The translations under genes were made by a program, and so were the position numbers. From NCBI GenBank assembly GCA_965214605.1, contig OZ243961.1, positions 4,032,001 to 4,096,000 on the forward strand: 64,000 nucleotides of DNA. Direction: 5' to 3'. This document shows, piece after piece, positions 28,207 to 39,045 of the stretch (position 1 is the first letter of the stretch; each line of letters starts with the position of its first letter). This stretch comes from an uncultured Candidatus Binatia bacterium (lineage in GTDB: Bacteria > Desulfobacterota > Binatia > Bin18). The notes under the pieces are model-generated. The model was not told the DNA's origin, did no database searches, and worked only from the letters and a program-made list of their open reading frames with translations.

Positions 28207-31200
28207 ATGGACTGGCTGACTAAGTATGTTGATATTGAGGCTATTGGGCTCATCGTAGCCATCATTGCAGTCATAGTCGCTTATCTGCAGTTGAGGCAAT
28301 CAAAGAAGGACAAGCCGAAAGCTCAGACCTCCGTCACAAGCTCACAAAACAACATTTCCACCGATAACTCGTCAGGGACGACGATTGTCACGGATTCGCC
28401 CGGAGCCACGGTCGTAGGCCGCGATCTCTATATCACGAAGATCGGTGACGCTGAGAAAGCTCGTCCGTCAGCTTCTATCGATCCAATCACGCAACAAGCT
28501 CACACCGATCAGGCAGAGGAAGAATTATCTCGAATTCTTATGCTCCGAATGTTTGATCAGCGCCGAGCACGACAGGACATCCAAAAACTGAGGCAGCGCG
28601 TAGGCGATGAAGGCGATTTTCTCGCAGCATCTATTTCTACCAAAAATAGGATCCTCTACTGGGCCACAAGATTATGTGCTAGTGACACTGAAACCCGCGA
28701 TTCCGCACGCCAGCTCCGCGACGAACTCCGGCAAACCGATCCGGAGCAGGACCTCTCCATTGTGGATGCCCTGCTCGCGGAGGATGATGGCAACACAGAT
28801 GAAGCGCTTTGTCTTCTGCGCGATCATCGTGATCCCGATTCCAGAACCGCTTTGTTCGGCGTACTGACTCAGTCACGGGGGGAACACACCTCCTTGGCTT
28901 GGTACGCCGAGTAGGCTGCGCCTGACGATAACAACTTTTTCACTGCTATCGGCTGGTGGAATTGGGCCATTTGCATGGCAAAAGTCGGGCGCTGGGATGA
29001 AGCCGCACATCGACTCCTGAGCTTCGAATCCCATTGGCAACAGATGCCTGTGCTCGCGCTTATCGAAGGGATCATTAACAGCGGCCATGCTGTTGCCGAA
29101 CGAGTATCGGGAGAGGGCGCTTGAGAGTGTACCCATTTATCCTGGCGTCACTCCGGCCTTGGGAGAGAAATCTGAGAAACATTATGCTCGTGCTGCTCTC
29201 TGCCTAGAATTCGCTGAACAGAGTACGAAGGATATCGTTGGTCCCGATTTGGCAGAATTCATTTCGGATTGGCGTCTTTGGCTTCGGCTGATGAATCCGA
29301 ACTCTACGCATGCGAATGTCGTCCATGATGAGGTACGTCAGGGCATGGAGGAAGGTGCACGAGCGGTCAAGCTCATTCGTTTCGCATATGCCTTTAATAT
29401 TGTGTTCAATGTCGAGCCACTAAAACACTATCTAGAATACAGAGGGTGGCTTGGTGGGCTCGATGACCATGAACTTCTGGCAGACTGTCTGCTTGCTGAA
29501 CAATCCATGGAATCTCATGATCTCGTATCCTATCTAGAGCAATATGAGACACGACTAAGTGAGGTTATGCCTCCCGCTTTTGTTACAACAATGTACGTCG
29601 ATGCTCTGGTGAAGGATGGTCAGACTGAAAGGGCGCGTGCACTAGTAACGGCACGTGCAGCCGACCTCGGCGAAGCACATTCCAATCGTTTGAGTGTGAT
29701 GATCGAGATCCGTGAAGGGAAGGACCCCCGCGAACGGCTTGAATTTCTTTATCATCAGACGAAAGAGCTTATCGACTTAAAGAATCTGGTAGCTCATTTG
29801 AAGACCGAGAATGATCATACGGCGCTCCAGCCCTTGCTCCGCGACTTGTTCGACCGTGAGCGAACTGTCGAGAATGCGCAAGACCTCGTCAAGTGCTTCG
29901 GCGCACCGCCCTCTTCTGATTACGAGGCAATAGTCAAGTTTGCGGAGGAGAACTTCGACATTCTTGCGCGGAGCGATGAACTGAAAGAGATGCAAGCGTG
30001 GGCACTGTTTCAGGTAGGTCGGCTTCAGGAAGCAAAAGAGATCAACGACAAGCTTCTGAGCCAAAGGAGCAGTCCGAACGCTCTTCAGTTCGACATTAAC
30101 AGCGCTATTGCTTCCGGCGATTGGGAACATACAGCCGCGATTATTCATCGTGAGTGGCCTCGCCAGGAATCACTTACTCCTGACATACTTATAGCCCTAG
30201 CTCAGCTTGCCGGCCAACAGAGTCTGACACCCGACCGGGCGCTACAATTTGCCAAATTGGCCACGCAAAAGGCACCAAACGATCCTCGCATCCTGATGGC
30301 TGCCCATTGGCTGCACGTTCAACTCGGGCACGATGGTGAGGCCGACCCGAACTGGCTCAAGCGCGCATACGAGCTTTCTTCCGCTGACCAAGGTCCCCTT
30401 TGGTCCATGACCCTACAAAATGTTGTCACCGATGGAGGAGGTTGAACGGAAATGGCTTAACGGTGAGATACCCATGAGCTTGGCGGCAGGCGTAATGAAT
30501 GTATCAATCGCGCATCTCCTGCTCTATATTCCAGATCAGAATGCCGTCGAATTAGACGGTCGCCGCCGAGGGGTATTGCCGATTGTCACCGGCGGACGGA
30601 ATCCGGTCGAATTGCGGCAGGACTGGACAATTGGATTAGACGCAACCTCAATTATGATCCTTTCCCATCTCGGCCTACTGGAAATGGCTATCGAGGCGTT
30701 CCATCACGTCAAACTTTCTCCCGACATTATGGAGTTTTTGCTCCACGAAAGAGACCAAGTTCGTTTTCATCAGCCTTCTCGTATCGCAGCAGCCAGGGAG
30801 GTTCGGGACCTCCAAAATCAGGGACGGCTTCGAGCTGCTGACGGTGCGGCTGAGCTCCCCAAAGCCCTTACTGACGAGGTAGGACTTGAACTGGCCACGC
30901 TCTTGCATGAGGCGAGACAGGACAACGGCCGGGTCATTTGCGTTCTACCGATCCATAAAGTCGAGTCACTGATGCAAAAACAAGCGGACACGGGCGAGTA
31001 TGACGATTTGATCCATTCAACAATGGATCTTTGCACGCTACTGCATGCTGAAGGGGGAATCGCCTTGGGCGATTATCTGCGCGCGCGTCAGTTCTTGAAT
31101 AGCCAGGGCCAGGCAGAGCATGCAGTTCTCTCATCGTTGACCCTCCAAGGCCCGATTTACTTCGGTCGAACCACCCTATCCTACTTGCAAGACGCTGGTC

Positions 31201-32256
31201 TGTTACAGCCACTGGCCGCCGCTGGTCTGGATATCCGAATCCATCCGGCTGTCCTAGAAGAAGGGAACGCCCTCATCGAAACAGGCGATATTGGTGCTGA
31301 TCTCGTGGCAAAGATAGACAGGATTCGAGAGGTCTTACGAAATGCGAGAGATTCGGGAGCGGCCTCTTTCTTGCCCCGCACGGCTGACCAGGACGAGCAG
31401 CTCCAGAAACACGAAAGCCGATTCCAGGTGACAGTCTCTTTGGTGGCGGGCGGCGCTGCATACGATGCACTCTGTATCGATGATCGCTACTTTAACAGCC
31501 GTTCGGTCCTGACCGAACCTCCAGGACGATCCATCCCTCTTGTTTGCATATTGGACGTCTTGCGCTTCCTCGTTTCTCGGGGGCGCATCAGTGTTGCCGA
31601 CCAGTGGACAGCGCGACACGAGCTTAGACGAAGCGGCTTTGTCTTCGTCACACCCGAGTCCGACGAATTGGGCCATTGGTTGAAGACGGTGAATATGGAC
31701 AACGGTCAATTGAAAGAAAGAGCTGAGCTAAAGATCCTCCGTCAGACTATGGCCCGTATACACTCTCTCAACTTACTGACTCCACAAGAAGCGTCGGCCC
31801 TATTCGTCAGCTTAAACTCTGTTGGCAAATCCAGCATCGAACGCCTGTGGAAAGACGAATCTGTGACAATCGAACAGGCAACAGCGCTATCCAACTGGGT
31901 GTGGCTTCATCTAATGAACACCACTATCGGGAGCCCGAAGCATATTGCAGAGGATCATTATGCAGATTGGAGGCGCAACCTGATATCTCTGCTGCGGCCC
32001 CGCCAACGCGACCCTGATCGAAAAGGCGCTGATGTCTGTCTGTGGCGAGCTTTCAGCCCTTGAGAACGATCAAGAGGTCTGCGGAAGGCTTTTTTTAGAG
32101 CAGTTGTCCGAGGCCGCTCGCAGAGTGATTATTACCCAAGACGCCGAGTTCGCGAGGCAACATGGTCTTGAGGTAAAGCAACTCTTCTCAATAGGATCAG
32201 AATACGGGCCGATACGCTCGATGAAGCAACCGGGCAACTTTATGCTCGTGCCGTAA
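28207..32256 (+). pseudogene. Fragmented large helical/TPR-like protein with PIN-like region and N-terminal TM helix (putative defence gene)
   Basis: One coding signal across ORFs 28207-28914, 29087-30445, 30420-32063 and 32032-32256; in-frame TAG 28912-14 reads through sensibly (GWWNWAICMAKVGRWDEA); frameshifts near 29080, 30435 and 31995; PIN-like IGLDATS and ALCIDDRYFN. Confidence 0.7.
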
Positions 32257-32364
32257 GGAGAATTTGGGATTTTCCTAGGGGGTGGCTACATATGCTTGTC
32301 TATGTGAACGGCGAGTTTATAGGAATGTTCGACCTGGACAGCGTTCGCCGCCGCAACGACCCCA

Positions 32365-32804
32365 AGAGAGTCGGTAATCTCTCCGAACCACCGGCCGGGC
32401 AGCCTCAACATCTGGGTCACCTAGCTCAGCGTACGCTGAGCTAGCTCGGTGGCGGCCGGTGAGGTCCGCCACCGCATGGCGTTGACGTTGAGGGCGGCGG
32501 AGATCAGCTCGCCCACAATGCCCGGTCCAGAGCCGCTGATCCCCAAATAGGCAAAAAACGCGGGATGGTTCCAATGGGTGATACCGGGCAGGATCAGGCG
32601 ATCAATATCTTGGAGAATTGTCTCTAGCGACTCCCCGTGTTGAGGAGCTGAGTCAGGTAGGGTCGCCGCCGCAATCTGACCGGGCGAGACTTGAGCCAGA
32701 ACGGGCCGATCCTCGACCGTTTCGAGATAGGTGGCAACCCAGTCGACAGCCTCGTGGAGCGCACGGCGGAGTTCGGCTGGGCTCGGACCTGCAGGAGTAT
32801 CCAT
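32365..32804 (-). pseudogene. Truncated PLP-dependent aromatic-L-amino-acid decarboxylase
   Basis: PGITHWNHPAFFAY, NVNAM.WRTSPAATEL; TAG at an expected Trp (32421-23) followed by VTQMLRLPGRWFGEITD, then truncation at the island edge. Confidence 0.85.
32421..32444. repeat. Perfect 24-bp palindrome
   Basis: CTAGCTCAGCGT|ACGCTGAGCTAG. Confidence 0.9.
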
Positions 32805-32891
32805 AGTCGGCCTTGTAGTACACTACAACGTACAGGGGCAGGAGCCGCACGGCTCCTGCCTCCTGAAGCGCGATGCTGCTCTGCGGCTGCC

Positions 32892-33290
32892 TTAGCTGGT
32901 CTGTATCGCAATACGCCTGGGTCTGACCCTCTCGGCCTTGGGCAGTTCGAGTTCCAAGACGCCGTCGGTCAGCCGTGCGTGGATTTTATCGGTATCAATG
33001 GTGTTGGACAGGTTAAAGCGACGCTGATAGTTGCCGACCCGGTACTCGGTATAGACTGGAGTCAGGTCTTGGTAGTCTCCTAAGGCAACCTGTCCCTCGA
33101 TCGACAGCACGTTTTTTTCTACGTGGACCTGGATCGAGTCCTCTTGGACACCGGGCATGTCGGCGCGCAGCCATAGGGCGTTGTCGGTCTCGAAAATATC
33201 GACGGGCGGCACATAGGTCCGGCCTGGTCGGGTCTGTTCTTCAGCTTGCACTTCTTGTTTCTCCTGTGCGGTCAATTCTTGTCTCGGCAT
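32892..33290 (-). CDS. Hsp20 small heat-shock protein
   Basis: PPVDIFET, ADMPGV, IHARLTDGVLELELPK, RRIAI. Confidence 0.92.
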   Translation of the reverse strand: MPRQELTAQEKQEVQAEEQTRPGRTYVPPVDIFETDNALWLRADMPGVQEDSIQVHVEKNVLSIEGQVALGDYQDLTPVYTEYRVGNYQRRFNLSNTIDTDKIHARLTDGVLELELPKAERVRPRRIAIQTS

Positions 33291-33336
33291 GGGTGTTTTC
33301 CTCCTCATCGTGTACGGCCTGAGCAGACGCTTTAGC

Positions 33337-33786
33337 TTAGGATGCCTGGATAGTGATCTGACGCGGTTTTGCTTCCGCGCGTTTGGGAATACGGATGGTC
33401 AGCATCCCTTGCGTGCACGAGGCCTTGGCCTGGTCAAGGGCCATATCGGCCGGAAATTGCAGCGATCGCGAGAATTGACCCGTGCCTCGCTCACGCCGGT
33501 GGTAGCTGGAGTTGGAGGCGGTTGAGGCATCACGTTTGCCGCTCAAGGTTAGGGTGCGGTCTTGGCTCTCAATGTGGATATCTTCCGGGGATACGCCGGG
33601 AACCTCGAAGCGGACGACATAGTTGCCTTCGGCGTCTTGCAGGACATTGACGGGCGGGAAGACGCCCCGTCCCGACAGGTCCATGTTGAAGCCTCGGGGG
33701 TTTTCGAACACACGGTCAAACTCGCGCTGTAAGCGCATGAGGGCGTTCAGGGGGTCATGTTCGGGTGAGAAACGAAAGAGTGCCAT
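33337..33786 (-). CDS. Hsp20 small heat-shock protein
   Basis: FPPVNV, RRERGTGQFSRSL, GMLTIRIPK, PRQITI; AAAGGAG RBS before ATG 33786. Confidence 0.92.
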   Translation of the reverse strand: MALFRFSPEHDPLNALMRLQREFDRVFENPRGFNMDLSGRGVFPPVNVLQDAEGNYVVRFEVPGVSPEDIHIESQDRTLTLSGKRDASTASNSSYHRRERGTGQFSRSLQFPADMALDQAKASCTQGMLTIRIPKRAEAKPRQITIQAS

Positions 33787-34002
33787 GGTCAACTCCTTTC
33801 TGACTACAAATGATGTCTCTTGGTTACTGTATAGGGTCACTCCCCACTGTTTCTGTGCCAAATGTAAGGGCGTTGAAACCGAGGTCAAGGCGTGAAAAAT
33901 TTTTTTGTGGGACTCAGAAACCGCTTCGACCGCCCTTGCGATTTTACCGGCGGGCTTTTAGAAAAAGAAAAATGCGGTTCGCTATGACCTAAGGAGGCAG
34001 GC

Positions 34003-34791
34003 ATGCAGCAGCCCCTAGTCCGCTACTCTACACAACATGGAATTGCGCTTCTCGAATTTGATAATCCACCGGCCAATACGTATTCGTACGAGATGATGAC
34101 CGAGTTGGACCGGGCTATTTTACAGGCTCGGTTTGACGAGGGAATTTACGTCCTGCTGCTGCGTGGTATAGGCGACAAGTTCTTTTCGGCGGGAGCCGAT
34201 ATCGAGATGCTCAACCAGGTATCGCCCCAGTTTAAATACAACTTTTGCCTGCACGCCAACGAGACGCTCAACCGCTTGGAACGGACGCCTAAGCTGGTCA
34301 TTGCCGCGCTCAACGGTCACGCCGTCGGTGGCGGACTGGAGATTGCAATGGCGTGCGATCTGCGGCTTGCTCGGCGTGACGCGGGGCAGATTGGCTTGCC
34401 CGAGATTGCGCTGGGCGTCCTGCCCGGAACCGGTGGCTCGCAGCGCCTCACCCGCCATATTGGCAAGGCCCGGGCTTTAGAGTTCATGGCGACCGGGCGT
34501 AGGATCTCATTTGAGGAGGCCCAGGACCTGGGCTTAGTGCACGAGATCTTTGACACGCAGGACTACTTTGAGCAAGTGCTGACCTATGCGCGGCAGTTCA
34601 CTCCGCCCAATAAAGCTAGTAAAGCGGTTGGACGGATTAAGCTAGCCGTTCAGGCCGGAGGCGAAATGCCCCTGTTCGAGGCGCTCAGTTTGGAGCAAGA
34701 GTTGCAGGCCGGCCTGTTTTCGAGCGCAGATGGTCAGGAAGGGCTGCGTTCCTATATGACCAAGAGCATGCCGCAGTTTAAGGGAGTCTGA
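34003..34791 (+). CDS. Enoyl-CoA hydratase/isomerase (crotonase) family protein, single domain
   Basis: FSAGADI, GHAVGGGLEIAMACDLR, GLPEIALGVLPGTGG; AAGGAGG RBS. Confidence 0.92.
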   Translation: MQQPLVRYSTQHGIALLEFDNPPANTYSYEMMTELDRAILQARFDEGIYVLLLRGIGDKFFSAGADIEMLNQVSPQFKYNFCLHANETLNRLERTPKLVIAALNGHAVGGGLEIAMACDLRLARRDAGQIGLPEIALGVLPGTGGSQRLTRHIGKARALEFMATGRRISFEEAQDLGLVHEIFDTQDYFEQVLTYARQFTPPNKASKAVGRIKLAVQAGGEMPLFEALSLEQELQAGLFSSADGQEGLRSYMTKSMPQFKGV

Positions 34792-34843
34792 CTGAACTGG
34801 TGAAGGGAATTAGCGGCTACAAGCAGTCTGTACGGAGTATGGC

Positions 34844-35962
34844 ATGGTAACACGTATGCGAAATTTCGACGATTGGATGGACCTGTTTAAAAGCTGGCAG
34901 AAAGATATTGGGCTGGATGTCGGTGAGCTAGGTGAATATCAATGGGAGATTAAGTTTGGCCAGCTGGAGCGCGCCGAGATCGAATTCGGAGCCTACGCCG
35001 GCTCCAGGAAATGGGAAAATCTCATGGAGGTGCCCGACCAGCGGATTCGGGATGCGTTGCTCAACCTGATTCGTGTACAGGGCGATACCGAGTTCGCGTC
35101 GACCGAGCAACAGCGGGAGTTGTTTGAGAGTGCGCCGTCGGACTTTGACCGCCGGAGCCTAGCCCGCATTATCTGCGAAGAGACGCGCCACGGCTGGCAG
35201 ATGGCCTATTTGCTGGTAACCTATTTCGGTGCCAGCGGCAAGGTCGAGGCGCAGAAGCTGCTGGAGCGTCGGGCATTCAAAAAAACGCGTCTGCTGGGGG
35301 CGTTCAACGAGGATATTCGCAACTGGCTAGACATGTATGCCTTTACCGAGTTTATTGACCGGGACGGGAAGTATCAGCTCAAAATGGAGAGTTCTTCGGC
35401 TTTTGCCCCGTTTGCGCGCAGTATGGGGCCGATGCTCAAAGAAGAACAGTTTCATCTCGGGACCGGCCACAACGGCCTCAAGCGCATTTTGCGCGCTAAC
35501 AAAATTCCCGTTCCTCTCATACAGAAGTACTTCAATAAATGGATGCCGGCGGCCTATGACTTGTTTGGCACTGATCACTCCTCGTCCGCCCACTGGGCAT
35601 ATGCCTGGGGTATCAAAGGCCGCTTTGACGAAAACACTTCGGACGAGGCGGCCAATATGGAGCGGCTCAACGAGCACGCGCGTCAGCTGTTCTCCCGGGA
35701 ATGCCTCGGTCTGGTTGATAACCTCAATCTCCTCGTACCCGAGGATCAGCCCAAACTCTATATTCCAGATGTGACATTTGGTCGCCAGATTGGCGATTAT
35801 GCCAGTCAACCGTACAGTGTCCACGGAGAGTTGCTGAGTCAAGAAGCCTACACCCGGCACCTCGAAGAGGTCCTACCAACGGCTGCGGATACCGCCCTTG
35901 TTCAAGATTTAATGCGAGACGCAAGCTGGATTGAACCCAAAAAAGCTGGCGCGGATACCTAA
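34844..35962 (+). CDS. boxB: BoxB/PaaA-like diiron aryl-CoA epoxidase subunit (short form)
   Basis: QGDTEFASTEQQR, EETRH and EEQFH diiron motifs, DRDGKYQL, DLFGTDHSS; between a crotonase and a benzoate-CoA ligase. Confidence 0.75.
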   Translation: MVTRMRNFDDWMDLFKSWQKDIGLDVGELGEYQWEIKFGQLERAEIEFGAYAGSRKWENLMEVPDQRIRDALLNLIRVQGDTEFASTEQQRELFESAPSDFDRRSLARIICEETRHGWQMAYLLVTYFGASGKVEAQKLLERRAFKKTRLLGAFNEDIRNWLDMYAFTEFIDRDGKYQLKMESSSAFAPFARSMGPMLKEEQFHLGTGHNGLKRILRANKIPVPLIQKYFNKWMPAAYDLFGTDHSSSAHWAYAWGIKGRFDENTSDEAANMERLNEHARQLFSRECLGLVDNLNLLVPEDQPKLYIPDVTFGRQIGDYASQPYSVHGELLSQEAYTRHLEEVLPTAADTALVQDLMRDASWIEPKKAGADT

Positions 35963-35967
35963 GAACA

Positions 35968-37521
35968 ATGGCTGTTCCAGAGATTCCCGAACGTTTGAAC
36001 GCCGCCGCCGTCTTTATTGACGCCCACCTCGCTCAGGGTCGTGGAGAGCGGATTGCCCTACGTTGGCGTGATCGGGCGATTAGCTATGCTGAGCTGGCGG
36101 CCAAGGTCAATCAAACCGGCAACGCCCTGTGTCGTCTCGGAGTGCGGGTCGAAGAGCGCGTGCTGTTGGTTGTCTTGGATTCGCCCGCCTTTGTATATGG
36201 CTTTTGGGGTGCGCTCAAGATCGGGGCGGTGCCGGTCCCCGTCAACACGGCGCTGCGAGCCGAGGATTACGCCTATCTGCTCGACGACAGCCGGGCGAGC
36301 ACGCTGATTGTCTCGGCCGAACTCTGGCCGATTCTTGCCCCGGTAGCACAGGCGCGCTCCATCCCTAGCATTGTTGTTGGCCCGGCTCGGGAAGGCGGTT
36401 TCGCTTTTGACGAGTTCATCGGGTCGGAAGCCGCTGCGCTTGAGCCGCAAGCGACCCACCGCGATGACGCCGCCCTGTGGCTCTATAGCTCTGGCTCGAC
36501 CGGGATGCCCAAGGGCGCCGTCCATCAGCACAGGAATCTGGTGTACTGTGCGGATACCTATGCCCGTGAGGTTTTGAGCATCGGTCCGGATGATGTCAGC
36601 CTAGCCGCGCCACGCTTGTTTTTTGCCTATGGATTGGGTGGGGGAATGAATTTTGCCCTTCGGGTTGGAGGGACAGCCGCGCTGGTATCTGAGCGGCCGA
36701 CCCCGGACGGCATGTTTCGCGCTATTAGCGAGTATAAACCAACCCTCTTTTTCGGCGTGCCAACCTTGTATGCGGCTATGCTACAAATCCCAGACGTCGA
36801 GCGTCGCTACGACCTGTCCAGTCTCCGGCTGTGTGTCTCGGCCGGCGAGCCGCTCCCCGGCGAGCTGTTTACACGTTGGAAGGCGCGCTTTGATCTTGAG
36901 ATTTTAGACGGTATCGGCACAACTGAAGCTCTACATATTTTTCTGTCCAACCGCGCTGGCCAGGTCCGCCCGGGCAGTTCAGGCCTACCGGTTGAGGGCT
37001 ATGAGGTACGGGTGATTGACGAGGGGGGACAGCCGGCTGCCCAGGGCCATATGGGCGACTTGCTAGTGGCGGGCGGAAGCCTGACTTCTGGATACTGGCG
37101 CAAGCGGGAGACCACACAGCAGGCCTTATACGGAAAGTGGTTACGGACCGGAGACACGTATTATCAAGATAGCGACGGCTATTACTGGTACTGCGGCCGA
37201 GCCGACGACATGCTAAAGGTCTCGGGCCAGTGGGTGTCGCCGACCGAGGTCGAAGGGTTGTTGTTTGAGCATGAGGCCGTGTTAGAGGCGGCAGTGGTTG
37301 GCTGGCAGGATGCTGAGCGCCTGATCAAGCCAAAAGCCTTTGTGGTTTTAAAAGACGGATGGAAGCCGTCCCCGGAGCTGGCCGCCGAGCTACAAGCGTT
37401 TGTCAAAGCCCGGACCTTACCGCATAAATATCCGCGTTGGATCAAGTTTATGGCAGAGCTGCCAAAGACCACGACTGGCAAAATCCAGCGCTATAAGCTG
37501 CGTGCCAACAAGGACGTCTAA
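35968..37521 (+). CDS. Benzoate-CoA ligase family protein
   Basis: WLYSSGSTGMPKG, LFFAYGLG, SAGEPLP, DGIGTTE.LHIF.SN, GRADDMLKVSG, TGKIQRY. Confidence 0.92.
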   Translation: MAVPEIPERLNAAAVFIDAHLAQGRGERIALRWRDRAISYAELAAKVNQTGNALCRLGVRVEERVLLVVLDSPAFVYGFWGALKIGAVPVPVNTALRAEDYAYLLDDSRASTLIVSAELWPILAPVAQARSIPSIVVGPAREGGFAFDEFIGSEAAALEPQATHRDDAALWLYSSGSTGMPKGAVHQHRNLVYCADTYAREVLSIGPDDVSLAAPRLFFAYGLGGGMNFALRVGGTAALVSERPTPDGMFRAISEYKPTLFFGVPTLYAAMLQIPDVERRYDLSSLRLCVSAGEPLPGELFTRWKARFDLEILDGIGTTEALHIFLSNRAGQVRPGSSGLPVEGYEVRVIDEGGQPAAQGHMGDLLVAGGSLTSGYWRKRETTQQALYGKWLRTGDTYYQDSDGYYWYCGRADDMLKVSGQWVSPTEVEGLLFEHEAVLEAAVVGWQDAERLIKPKAFVVLKDGWKPSPELAAELQAFVKARTLPHKYPRWIKFMAELPKTTTGKIQRYKLRANKDV

Positions 37522-37537
37522 AAAGCAACGCATTGGA

Positions 37538-38263
37538 ATGGGGATGAGACAACAGCGACTGGGAACCAAGGGTGGGCCTGGGCTGGCCGGGGCGTGGCTT
37601 ATTGGCTTAGGAGTGACGAGCGTGGTAGCGCTGGCCCAGGGACGTGGGCTCACGTTACAAGAACACCAACAGACCTTGGCCCAAGCTGCGCTTATCGTGG
37701 CGGAGGAAATGTACCGGAGCGGCCAAATCGACCGGGCCGTGACCCACTGGCGCGAAGCGCTGAGCTATGACCCGAACCTGACCCAGGCCCACTATTTGCT
37801 CGGTCTGGTCCTCCGTGATCGGGGTGATCTGGAAGAGTCGCTCACCCATTTGCAGACCGCGACCAAGCTCGACCCGCACAACGCCAACGCCTTTGCCGAC
37901 CTAGGCGATACCCTGTACGAACAGGGAGATGTGGAAGGCGCTTTGCAGGCCTATAGTGCTGCCCTGCGCCTGGCGCCCGAGTCGGCTTCTCTGCACGGTA
38001 ACTATGGCTATTTACTGGTGCAGAAAGGTGATATGAACGGGGCGATCGAAGCCTGGCGGACGGCGGTTCGTCTAGACCCAGACTATCCTCCACCCTACGC
38101 CAATCTGGGTGAGGCGCTGGCCGACCAAGGACAAGCCCAAGACGCCATCGCAGCCTACCAGACCTTTCTGGAACTTGCCCCATACGCTCCCAATGCCGAG
38201 GAGGTTGGCCAACGCTTGGAAGCCTTACAGGCAGCTGGCGTGACCCAGAGGCAGGGAGACTGA
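37538..38263 (+). CDS. Tetratricopeptide repeat protein with N-terminal signal/TM segment
   Basis: About five 34-aa TPR units (AHYLLG, AFADLG, LHGNYG, PYANLG). Confidence 0.88.
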   Translation: MGMRQQRLGTKGGPGLAGAWLIGLGVTSVVALAQGRGLTLQEHQQTLAQAALIVAEEMYRSGQIDRAVTHWREALSYDPNLTQAHYLLGLVLRDRGDLEESLTHLQTATKLDPHNANAFADLGDTLYEQGDVEGALQAYSAALRLAPESASLHGNYGYLLVQKGDMNGAIEAWRTAVRLDPDYPPPYANLGEALADQGQAQDAIAAYQTFLELAPYAPNAEEVGQRLEALQAAGVTQRQGD

Positions 38264-38357
38264 TCGTGGACCCTGATCCACAACACCTGCTGTTTCCTCC
38301 TTCCAGCTCGACCTAGCCAAGGGCTGCCTATGGCAGGGCGAACGGCCCATTCCTCAT

Positions 38358-38768
38358 CTAGAGATTCTTCGGAACTTTCGGTAGTGTCGGATCCAAATAA
38401 TCCCACGGCTGCGCACTCGCCGTCCAAATATCGCCCATCGGTTTGACCCAGCTGGGATCATCCAAACTGCTCGCCTTTATGCCGCAAAAGTCCGGATTGG
38501 CCGAGCCGCCGGCGAATAGCTGGCAGCCACACGTGGAGCAGAATTCCCGCCACACAGTGTTCCCGCTGTCGGCGTACGTGGTATGCCGTTGAGGCATACC
38601 ACGTTGCAACGTGACTGAGGCACGTTGGACAGCCAACACAATGGCAAAGCCGCTCCCGCTGTTCCGCTGACAATCACGACAGTGACATTGCATTGTTGCC
38701 AAGGGGTCCATCGAACACTCGTAGCGAATCGTGCCACATAAACAGCCGCCGGAGAATGGTGTAGGCAT
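38358..38768 (-). CDS. GFA (glutathione-dependent formaldehyde-activating) family protein
   Basis: GGCLCG, CHCRDCQR, FCSTCG zinc motifs. Confidence 0.92.
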   Translation of the reverse strand: MPTPFSGGCLCGTIRYECSMDPLATMQCHCRDCQRNSGSGFAIVLAVQRASVTLQRGMPQRHTTYADSGNTVWREFCSTCGCQLFAGGSANPDFCGIKASSLDDPSWVKPMGDIWTASAQPWDYLDPTLPKVPKNL

Positions 38769-39045
38769 GAAATACGCTCCTGATTAGCGGGTCTGGAGGG
38801 TCATGCTGACGCTGAGATAGGTCAAAGACGAGCCTCTGCCAAAGGGAATGGTAGCGCCGTACTAGGCGCGGGGTGTCCATAGAAAAGCTCAGTAGAACGC
38901 GGGACGCAAGCCAAAGACCAGAACGAGAACGTAAGGCCGAGAAAGTTGACGAGCGGCCTAGGGGGCTTTTGCCGGGACAGCTCGGCGTGCCCTGAGGTGT
39001 CTCCTCTAATCATCTGCGCCTCTGATTGCATACACTGTCTCCTGA

